Source of the DNA: Octopus vulgaris
Taxonomy: Eukaryota
Direction of reading: 5' to 3'
Length of the DNA: 64,000 bases
Assembly (NCBI GenBank): GCA_951406725.2
Contig: OX597838.1
Coordinates: 18,972,001 to 19,036,000 of the forward strand
Part shown: piece by piece, positions 13,999-25,900 of the stretch
Position numbering within the stretch: the stretch's first letter is position 1
How the letters are laid out: each line of letters opens with the position of its first letter
The notes under the pieces: generated by a model
Told to the model about the DNA's origin: nothing
Database searches by the model: none
Seen by the model: only the letters and a program-made list of their open reading frames with translations
Translations under genes and position numbers: made by a program

Positions 13999-16900
13999 GT
14001 ATGCATACGACAGGCTTCTTTCAGTTTCCGTTTACCAAATCCACTCACAAGGCTTTGGCCGGCCCGAGGCTATAGTAGAAGATACAAGGTGCCACGCAGT
14101 GGGACTGAACCCGGAACCATGTGGTTGGTAAGCAAGCTACTTACCACACAGCCACTCCTGCACCCACTCACCTACCTACATACATACATACATCATGCCT
14201 GGCATGCTTAGGATTCTGACAGCTCACCACCTTAATAATAATAGTTTAAAATTTTGGTACAAGGCCAGCAATATCAAGGAGAGGGATAAGTCAATTACAT
14301 CAACCCCAGAGCTCAATTCTATATCCACCCCAAAAAATGAAAGGCAAAGTCAAGCCTGGTGGCACAAAAACAGACAAAATACCACCAAACACTTTGTCCA
14401 GTGTGCTAACAATTCTGCCAGCTAGCCACCTTAAAAATAATAATAATAATAATAATAATCCTACTAAAAGCAAGAGGCCTGAAATTTTGCGGGAAGGGGC
14501 CCATTGATTACATTGACCCTAGTGCTCAACTGGTCCTTATTTTATTATCAATTCTGAAAGGATGAAAAGCAGAGTCAACCTTGGTAACATTTGAACTTGG
14601 AACATAAATACAGACAAAATGTCACTAAGCAATAATAATAATAGTAATAATAATAATAATTTCTATTGTAGGCACAAGGCCTGAAATTTGGGGGAGGGGA
14701 CTAGTCGATTATATCAACCCCAGTGTTTAACTGGTACTTATTTTATTGACCCCAAAAGGATGAAAGGTAAAGTCGACCTCAGTGGAATTTGAACTCAGAA
14801 TATAACAATGGGCGAAATACCATTAAGCATTTCGTTAAGCACACTAATGATTCTGCTGGCTCGCCACCTTGACCCTTACGTTACCAACCCGGCTTAAACC
14901 GGCTCTGGCACTCAGTACAAATGTCTTGTTTTTGTAAGTTTGGAATTAAAATCTTCCACCAAACCTTCGTCACAATTTATGTTCCTAACACTAATTAAGT
15001 TATTGTACTAAATTCTTTGTTATATTTAAAGTAATTCAAAGAAACACAGAGCATCTCAAAATAAATACAGTAACAAAAGGGTTAATAATAATGACGATGA
15101 TGATATCGCTTACCTCATATTCTTTGACTTCTGACGGACCTAGTGCAAGTTTAGATTTCAATAGAAACGGGCAGTAATCAGTGGTGCTCATCTCTAGTCC
15201 ATTCACTAAGATATGAATCAATTCAACGTTACACTCCACCCAGTGGTTACTCAGGTTTCGGATAGTTATTGAACTCTTCTCAGCTATACCGATACAGCAG
15301 TCCGAGAATTTGGCCAGTGAGGACACGTCCAGAACGGATTTGCATGCTGCTAGATTGGGGTCTGCCAAAACAGAACTGCAGTTTCCGGCATGGCCAAGCT
15401 GATCTTTAGGAAGTGGTTCGCTAGCAGTCAGGATGGACATGAATGGATTCAACTGAGTCTGTTCGAGGGGTTCCTCAATGATCGTTTTCCAAAGTTTTGA
15501 TTCGTCCGTGCCTTCACCAATGAAGTTCTGCTTCGTCTTGTTAGCATGCTGCACTGAACAGCCCTCATTAGGTGGCCCTTCCAGCTTCCTACTTGGGTGC
15601 ATAGTATTATCACTGAATTTCTTATTTTCACAATATGGTCCGACACCAGCCATAGAGATTTTGGTGGCTTCTGGTTTAATTTTAGTGGAAGAGGTAAGGT
15701 TTGTTTCAGACTTGAGTGGTTCACCCTTGAAACTTAAATGACGCTGCAAGTTATCTTCACCAGTACCAATTCCAGATCTCATCGACAGTCTAGATTGAGG
15801 AACGTAAACATTCTCATTAGTAGCCAAAGCTTTCGCCCTCAAGGAGTCAAGAGAGTGTACAAGATGTGGTCGAACAAACTCATCTTGGTGTTGTAGGTCA
15901 CTGCTGACCTGTGGGCGATGGGAGTCAGATAACGGAGAAGACGCATATTCGAGGTTTTTTGATGATACAGCAGGTGCGGAATGTACTGTTCTCTGAAGTT
16001 TACTGGCAGCACTGGTAGTAGAAACAGAGGTCGCTAACAGAGCCGGTCTTTCTCGAGAAGGTACACCACCCAACACGTTGAGATTAAATACTCCTGAGGA
16101 GGGAATAGTTTGTATAGAGTGGGTAGAAACTGCACTGGGAGAAGATCTACTCTGTATGAAGCTAGGAGCAGGTACCCGGGAAGGCACAGTTTGCATGGAG
16201 TGAGTAATAGATGTACCTGGAGAAAATACACTTCTGGCGATATTTACAGGTGTCTCGGAAGAGAGTTTAGTTTTAGTTCTCAGATCATAAGTAGCTGTGG
16301 GTGCTGTCAGTGTCAAAGAAGAAGTTGAACTTGACATTGATGATGCAGTATGTAATATAGAAGTTGGCGCCGACACAGAAGGAACTTTTAGAGGGTCTAT
16401 AGAACGTGGTGCCAATGACAACGGAATTTTCTGAGTGTCTATAGAACTTGGTGCTGACGAAAATAGAACTTTCCGAGGGTATGTAGATGTCGGCGCTGAC
16501 AAAGAGGTGACTTTCTGAGCATCTCTAAGACTTGGTGTCAACGATAACGGAGCTTTCTGCGTGCGTCCAGAAATTGGTGCCGATGATAACGAACCGTTCT
16601 GTGTATGTAAAGAACTCGGTTCCAGTAACGATGGGTCCCTCAATGTGTCTGCACTTGATAAAGATACAGAAAGTTCTGTAAACGGAGCCTCGTCGCTGAA
16701 ACTATGCAAAGCTTTTTGAGAGGGGTTCAAACCCTGTGTGGCGTTGATGTGAAGCTGTTGTGTGGGGTTGTGTAACTCCAGACCACTAGTAACTCTTGGA
16801 GAAGTGTCACTCTGTGATGTCACTGTTTTGCAGTATTTGGCATCAATCTGATGGAAGGATTCCTTTTTCTGAACACTTCCTCTTGACCTGCACCTGTGGT

Positions 16901-19900
16901 TAACTTCGGATTCAAATCTAGATGCTATTTCTTTACAGGGCAAGGACAAGCTCACTCCATCGAGCATATCTGAGATTAAACTGTTACTAACCAAAGACTG
17001 TGAAACCAAGGTGAGATCTGAAAAATACCAAAGAGAAGAAAAACGATACAAACATATAAACACAAACATACACTCAGTCTAAAGATTCTATCAATGAAGC
17101 TTTGCTTCTTTGTCAAAAACAAAGCCCCTTAAAAAGAAAAAAAGCTCAAATAATGATATTTATAGGAAAGAGACAAGAGATGGTGTTACACATTCATATC
17201 TATGTGTATACGTAGGTATACGTGTGTAGAATACATCCCCACTTTTGGCACTATTTTGTTAGCCTACACATTTCCCCCCAGTGGTTGGGTTTTCCACATG
17301 CTTTGCAGTGTGTACCGAATGCAGGACATTTCTTCCGGTTATTGAACTCATGCTCCGTACCACAGTACTGGCATGTTCTTTGTTTGCGGGTATGTTTCGT
17401 CCTGTGCCTAGATACAATATCTACACTGCTGCCTAGTGCGCTTGTTTGTAAAGTAAGTGAGGCCATTTGTTTGGTAGTGGCTTCGAATGCTCGTGCAGTG
17501 TCTACTGCTTCCGTTAACTGGAGAGCGTCCTTACCTATGAGGGATTTCTGGACTTCTTTATGAGCACACCCCCATATGAGTTGATATTCTACACACGTAT
17601 ACCTACGTATACACATAGATATGAATGTGTAACAGATGGTATTTTATCATTCAAACAGGACTGGCTGGTTTTTATAATCTCCCTATCCAACCCACCACTG
17701 AATACAGCTAGAACAGAGCTTATGTAGAACTAAACAACAATAGCTACCATGGGGTAAGCTGGAAAGCTGTTACAGACTGAACCAACAAGGTAGAGTGATT
17801 CCTTGTTTACTGTGGTAGATTGGTTCCAAGACCGGCTGCGATAACTGAATTTCCGCGAAGTAGGGACACCATACTTACAGTATTTATTTAACGTGTGGCA
17901 CGTAAAAAGCACCATCCGATCGTGGCCGTTTGCCAGCCTCGTCTGGCACCCATGCCGGTGGCACATAAAAAGCACCCACTACACTCACGGAGTGGTTGGC
18001 GTTAGGAAGGACATCCAGCCGTAGAAACATTGCCAGATCTGACTGGCCTGGTGCAGCCTTCTGGCTTCCCAGACACCAGTTGAACCGTCCAACCCATGCT
18101 AGCATGGAAAGCGGACGCTAAACGATGATGATGACGATGTGTATTTGGACTTTTAAAACCCTCCCTGTACTGTTACTGTTAACAACCCACCCATTACAGT
18201 AGTCTATTAATAACAAGGACAACTGTTAAGCAATAACACTTTAGATTAAAAAAAAAAATAAAGATTGCTATTGTACTCAACACGAAAGAAGTTGAAGTGA
18301 AATTTGAATGATGATGGTGTAGTCTTCTGTGATTCATATCTAAAATGGCAGGCTACGGCAGCAAAAGTTCTCCCTTCCTTCAACACATCTAGAAGTTTCC
18401 CCCTTCTTGGCGATTGTCATCATTCTTCGTTTGCGTTTAGGCTCAGTACCAGCACGCTTGGGAGCCATTGCAGGGGATGAAAACGCAAAGAAACAAAAAA
18501 AAAAATCACACATAGCACTGCGTAAAGTAGTACAGTAAACCACTCGGCGAGAAAGCTTGAAGCGAAATGGCCGCGAGAGAGAGAGAGATAGACAAGGGAA
18601 GATGGTGCGGATCTGAGCATCGGTTAAAGCACCAATCACAGGCCTGATTACAAAATATAAAGCTGTGATACGTCGTCTCTCTCCATTGCACCAATCACAG
18701 CCTGTCTTTAAGTTCAAATACCCTTGTATATGCTTTTTTGCTATTTTACGCTTGTTTTGTTGTTCCTAGACTAGGAAATAATATTTATTAATATTTTAAT
18801 GGATTTAATGAAAAATTTTAGGTGTTCATATACTTATATTTTAAAGATCCGCGAAGTCATGAATCTGCGATAGTTGAACCGAGAAATAGCGAGGGATCAC
18901 TGTATGTGAAATTTAACCCTTTAGTAATTTAAACCAAACAGATCCAGCCCAAATATCTGACATGTTTTATGTCCAAAGTGGCCAGTTTTGGCCTCTCACA
19001 CTTCACCTACAATGCCATTCCGAAAATAAACAATTACATCATTTAACCCTTTAGCGTTTAAACCGGCCAAAAGTATTCTGCCTGTCTTATGTTCAAACTG
19101 GCCAGATCTGGTCTCTCACACCAACCCTACAATATCGTTTTAAAAATTAACAGCTACCTCATCAAAATCTCATAGCTACAAGATAATGCATGATTAGTTC
19201 AAATCAATAAGGATAAAAAAGGATTAATTTTGGCAGAATAATGCGAACACTAAAGGGTTAAATCTCAAAGCTATAAGACAATATAGGATTAATTCAAAGC
19301 AATGTAAATAAACAAGAATTGCATTTGACAGAATAATCTGAACGCTAAAAGGGTTTATCGAGGTTGTATAGTAAGTTTTGAAGCCATAATTGCATAAAGA
19401 ATTTATTCATGCAATAAGAATTTTATCCACAAACTCACTGTTGTCTTGACAACCATCACTCTGCAATGTGTCGCTATTATTATTATTATTACCCTCCTGT
19501 TTCTCATCCGGTATTTGCAACTGTTCACAAAACGATACTCTAGGATTCTGCTCGGGATTTGCTGCCTCCAGATTGTTATTCTTCTTTACTGACATGTGCA
19601 TAGGGTGTTGGATATCTTGCAGCTGCACAGATGATGTTCTGGTTCCCACATCTGCCAAATTCTCCAAGGCAGGTGAAGTAGCGGTTGACAAGGATTGGTT
19701 GTACAGAAACTGTAAGAGAGAAACACAGGGAACCGTCAAATATATTGGGTTGTCCGGAAAGTCCTTGCCGATTTTTAAAGGAAAGAAAAAGGTCAATAAA
19801 TACTTGCCATTACATTTTTAATCAACCAAATATGAACCATTTTGTTGCACAATGCGTCTCCATCTTTCCTTTACCTTGAAAATACCCCCTTCCCAGAATT

Positions 19901-22900
19901 TAGATGGTTTCATGGCAAAGAATTCATCAAGGTATCTTTTTACGTCATCCAAGGAATTGAAATTTTTACCATTAAGACTATTCTGCAGAGACCTGAATAA
20001 GTGGAAATCTGAAGGAGCAATATCTGGTGAATATGGAAGGTGGAGTAACACATCCCAGCCGAGCTGCAGCAATTTTTGTCTGGTTCCCAAAGCATTAAGT
20101 GCTGAAAATGAACTGTCTTATCTTCCATTTTAAAGGGTTACAGAATTAATACAGGTTATAGGAACATAAACCTTCTTCCACGAAAAGATAGCTTAACTCT
20201 TTAGTGTTTAAACCGGCTATATCCGGCCCAAATATTCTACTCATTTTATGCTCAAACTGGCCAGAACCAGTATCTCAACCTACCCTGCAATGTCCTTCTA
20301 AAAATAAACAATTACATCTTTCAAATCTTGAAGCTACAAGATAATACCAAGTTAATTTTTTTTAAATGTAAATGAATAAGGATTACTTCTGACATATTAA
20401 TTTGAACACTAAAGGGTTAAACTGTGCTCTAAATGGAGGTTTAGTCAAATCCTATTTTATGGACTCAACCATGTTCTAAAATAAGTTGAGAGGAAAGCTA
20501 CTATAAATCGGCACGAACTTTCCAGACAACCCAATATAATTGGTTTCAAATTTTGACACAAGGCCAGCAATTTCAGGGGAGCAGGTAAGACAATTACATT
20601 GACCCCAGTGCTCAAATGGTACCTATTTTATTGACCCTGAAAGGATGAAAGGCAAAGTCGAGCTCCACAGAATTTGAACTCAAAACATGAAGACGGACAA
20701 AATGCTGCTAAGCATTTTACCCGGCACGCTAACAGTTAAATAAGCCAGCTAATCAAACATTAAATCGATATATTTCTTAAGAAAATCGAATAAGTTCTTG
20801 AGAAACCTACAGAATTTGGCAGAGTTTCAGAGCCTATTCTCATATAGGTGCCAACTGACATCCGGTCTTTTTCTCCTTGGTTAACAAAGCTGAGATGACT
20901 ACAGTAACTCCAGTCGGTCAAATCAGTAGCCAGGGGTACTTCTAGGCATTTATCCTGGAAACAGATGAACAGAAATTTAAGGATTTTAGAAAGAAGCAGA
21001 CAGACAGAAAGTGCGGAGGGGGGAGCAGTTTATGTCAGTCAGGAATGCACAAAAGCAATGATATTAGAAAGCAAGACACATGGGATCTTTTCGGTTTGAA
21101 CGGCAATTTTTAACATAATTTCTAGGTAACTAAAAAATTTTAAACTTCGTATACTGGTAGAATGTGTTTATAAAACATCTTTTTCTCTTGGCTTTGAGAA
21201 AATTCTATAGTTTGTAAGATATTTGTTGTTGTTTTTTCTTCAATTTCTGCAATTTCAACCAATCAATGACGTTTATTGAGTAAAAAAAACATTCTGTGCC
21301 GTATGAATATGTCCCTCGTTTAAGAAACAGATTGGGTTTATTTACATTTGTGAAGAAAAAAAAGATACCCTTTCCCCCACCCCTAACCAACCCTAAAATA
21401 GATTGAAATGCAATAGATCGATACTAGGGTCATAATTATGGGTGACAATTTCATATGACACCGCTAGAAAAAACTGCCGTTCAAACTGAAAAGATCCGAC
21501 TCATGGAAATTCCTTGTTTTATAAATGTTCTTATTTCTATTTTGATGCATAAATTTATACATCTGTGTAACATTGTTTCATTCTGCTAAAAGATTTCAGA
21601 GCGAGAAAGGAAAACGGTGAATTTATGCAAAATTCGTTAAAAGATTTTCTTACGTAATTGGAGCAATCATTTCTTCCATTGAATTCTGCTTCATCAGCAT
21701 CTAATTTAGAAGTGCCGGAATCTAGAGAAAAGTAATTAAAATTAAAAGGAAAAAAATTCATCACCATTGTCAGAAATTTAGGGGAAAGGGACAATCGATA
21801 TAAATCAATACAATTACAGGCCCAGGAATTTTTCGAAGGGAGGGCACAAGGTCACAAAGGAGTACAATATATACACACACATACATATATATACACTCTC
21901 AGAGTGGTCATACACTCTTGGAGTGGTCATACACTCTCGGAGTGGTTTGATACACTCTTGGAGTGGTTGGCATTAGGAAGGGCATCCAGCTGTAGAAACT
22001 CTGCCAGATCAGACTGGAGCCTGGTGCAGCCATCTGGCTCACCAGTCTCCAGTCAAACCGTCCAACCCATGCCAGCATGGAAAGCGGACGTTAAACGATG
22101 ATGATGATGATATATAACAGGCTTCTTTCAGTTTCTGCCTACCAAATCCACTTGCAAGGCTTTGGTTGGCCTGAGGCTATAGTAGAAGACACTTGCCCAA
22201 GGTGTCACGCAGTGGGACTGAAACTGGAACCATGTGGTCCGTAAGCAAGCTACAATCATGTGACTATGTAGCACATGATATAATATACACCCTCATATAT
22301 ACATACATATACAGCGATAGGCATCTTATACCATCTGAATATGAAGAATATGTTGCAAGTGGGATACCAAGCATCTTAGTCGCACAAGACTATCACATAG
22401 ACATACACATGCAGACAAAAGCACCGAGAGAGCGAAACAAAAATAAAAGCCTTACCAAAGGCAAAATCCTCGGATGCAGACCCAAATCCTGAACCTTTCA
22501 TGTTTCCCACATAGTTATCAAAATCTGCACGGTAAGCAAGGTCAGTTTCAAAAGGTTCGTCCAAGAAGGTTTCGACATTCAAAGGCTCCGGGTTCTCAGC
22601 AGCTGTAAATAATAAAAAAAGAAAAAGGGCTGTCAGTGAATTGATTTAATGTTTTAACTAGTTACAGCAGTGATTTCCAAAGTGGGTGGTTTTACCCCCT
22701 GCGGGCAGTGGAAAGTTCCAAGGGGGTGTTGAGGAAAAGTGGAGTGATAATGGGGTGGCGATTCATGTAAAAACAACAAAATAATGGGTTCATTAAATAC
22801 TTAAAATTCTTAAAAATGTTTTAGCCCGAAGGCCGCGGCCATGCTGGGGCACCACCGCTGTGGGGGCTCGTCCGGGATAAATTAGGTTGAGTTTTATTTG

Positions 22901-25900
22901 TGAAATACAGTTGCTTTGAATTTTTTTGAGAAAGAGGTCTATGTTTGTAATGGTTAGTTGGGGTGAGGGCACTGGGGATGTGGCCTGAGGGGGGGGGGGA
23001 CAGCCCCAAAAGTTTGGAATGAATTACATAGGCAGGAGTTTTGTGTGTGTGTGTGTGTGTACATGTTCAGTGAGTTCACTCGCAAGAGTTGAATACGTGT
23101 GCATGTTTAGTGCACCATTATCCAAACCGCCTTCACCCTTCCATGACCTATTGACCATGCTTCCATGCTCGCTCTTTACACTTGCCCCCACCCTTACCCA
23201 CCTTTTCTTTCCCCTTCACCTACCACCTCTCCCTCCACCCAATGCAACATTCTTCATGCTTTCCACAAACTCTAATTCAATCCCCTCTACCTATCACATC
23301 TTCCTCAACCTAGCCCTTCCCTCCTTCAAGCATGCTCACAACCTACACACGACCTTCCGGCCCCATAGCTTCTCGCCAGTCCTAGCACCAAAACCTGGCT
23401 CCTTCCCTTGCTCTCGCCTATGCTGCCACACCTACCTCTACCTCCCCAATTCCACCATCTTCACTGGCATCCCACTATATTGCCAATTCATTTATCTGCA
23501 CCAACGGTGGCACGTAAAAAGCACCCACTACACTCTCGGAGTGGTTGGCGTTAGGAAGGGCATCCAGCTGTAGAAACTCTGCCAGATCAAGATTGGAGCC
23601 TAGTGCAGCCATCTGGCTCGCCAGCCCTCAATCAAAATCGTCCAACCCATGCTAGCATGGAAAGCGGACGTTAAACGATGAGAACAGCAATGTAATCCGT
23701 ATCCCCTGCTCTGTCTTTCGTCGTACACAGGCCAAACAGGTCAGTGTTTAACTGACGACCAGTTTGCCAAACATCTCCGGAGCATCAGACTTGGCAGTGA
23801 CAACCAGGTCTCACACCACTCCTGCTCAACCGGTCATTCGCTATAAGATCTGTATTTGAACTGTCCTCGCACAAAGGCTAGCTGGGCTCCTGCCTCCATC
23901 AAGAGCAGGGATTTATTTTCTCTCTTCATCTAAACCCAGCCCCTCACACACCATTATGCCCTTACTCAAACACTCCTTTCCACTCCACAAACCCTAGCAC
24001 ATAATACCTCCTGACCCCTACTTCCCATCAACCCTAATCCACCTCACACCTCCGTGCATCAACCAACACACACATATGCCAGATGGCCTCAAACATATGC
24101 ACGCACGGACACACACAAACACTAGTGCTTTTACACAAATATACATATACACAAACACAGAATATTGCACACATCAACTCTACATACACACTTTATCCAA
24201 CAGCTCCATATACACACACGCCGACTGATAACAGGGACATGCACACTCCTTCACACACACACACACACACTATTCAAGCATAAATACATAATACACACAG
24301 GCATCACACAAACATTATGCTCAAACACACAAGCAACACACACACACACACATATACACGTGTATGATATGGTGAGAAATGTTAAGGTTAATGTCAAACA
24401 AAAATATGCTTACATGACATCAGGGTGCTGTTCATCTGGTGCCCCCATTTATCTTGTCCTACAGCTTCACTATTTTGCTGGAATTAGAAAATATCATTTA
24501 TCGACTTGTTACATTTGAACAGTTTTAACAACTACTGGCAGTATCGCCCGGCGTTGCTCGGGGTTTGTAAGGGAAATAACTATATAAGCATTTTTAGAGA
24601 TGTAAAGTATAATAGCCATCTCAATATGGCTAACCACAAAGGGGGGTGTTACTGTAGCTTTTTACGTTCTGAGATTTAATAATACATTTTTAGAGAGTTA
24701 CTTCCCTTATATAATAGCGAAAAAATGCATTAAAAATGGGGAAAAATTATGGTAAATTTTTTTTTAAATCGTATCTCATCGTAGACGCGCACTAATACCC
24801 AGAAGGGCTCAATATGAATCACGACTATAAGATACCCACTTTTGGTTAGACTGCACCGCAAAATGTGGGAGTAGTTAGGAATCTAAATCGTAGGAGACAG
24901 ACACACAACTTCACTTTTATATATTAAGATTTTGTGAAGCTAGAAGGAAGAAAGTGGCTGTACTATGGAATCTCTCTTTTCTTATGACAAGGAAGATAGG
25001 GTAGTGCCCCTAACATTTGCTGATCCTTTACCAGACTTATCATCATCATTTAGTGTCCGCTTTCCATGCTAGCATGGGTTGGACGGTTCAACTGGGGTCT
25101 GGGAAGCCAGAAGGCTGCACCAGGCCCAGTCTGATTTGGCAATGTTTCTACGGCTGGATGCCCTGCCTAACGCCAACCACTCCGTGAGTGTAGTGGGTGC
25201 TTTTTACGAGCCACCGGAACAGGTGCCAGACGGGGCTGGCAAACGGCCACGATCAGATGGTGCATTTTACGTGCCACCAGCACGGGAGCCAGGCGAGGTT
25301 GGCAACGGCCACGATCAGATGGTGCTTTTTAAGTGCCACCAGCACAGGGGGCCAGGCGAGGCTGGCAAACGGCCACAATCGGATGGTGCTTTTTACGTAC
25401 CACCGACGCGGAGGCCCGTCGGAGGCAGCGCTGGCAATGACCACGTTCGGATTGTTCACTTACGTGCCACCAGCACTGGTAGAATATAGTTGATACATAG
25501 CCATATCATTTCTAGGTAAAACAATGGGTGGTGAAAGAATCCCAGAGGGTTACAATTTGGAGAGAAAAATAGTTGGTAACATGCCGTAGGCACATCATGT
25601 CGCCATATGAGTTCTCTCTCTTTTCAATGTAACACAATGCACCTTCAGCTACAAGGGAGAAAACTCATATGGCAACATAACACACCTAAGTGTGCTAAAG
25701 GTTAAATCTGGATATCCAGAAAGTGAGATAGTATTGCAGTGACAAGAGAAGTCGTCTTGAGTTTCAGGTCGGACTTTCTGAAGAGGCTTTTTTTAAGCTA
25801 ATGGGTTCACAGAGGGCAAAGAATGTAACTGGCTGAGGGAAAGGAAAAAAAGACAAAACAGCACATCCATGTACCAGGGTGAGACATATATAACCCTTTA

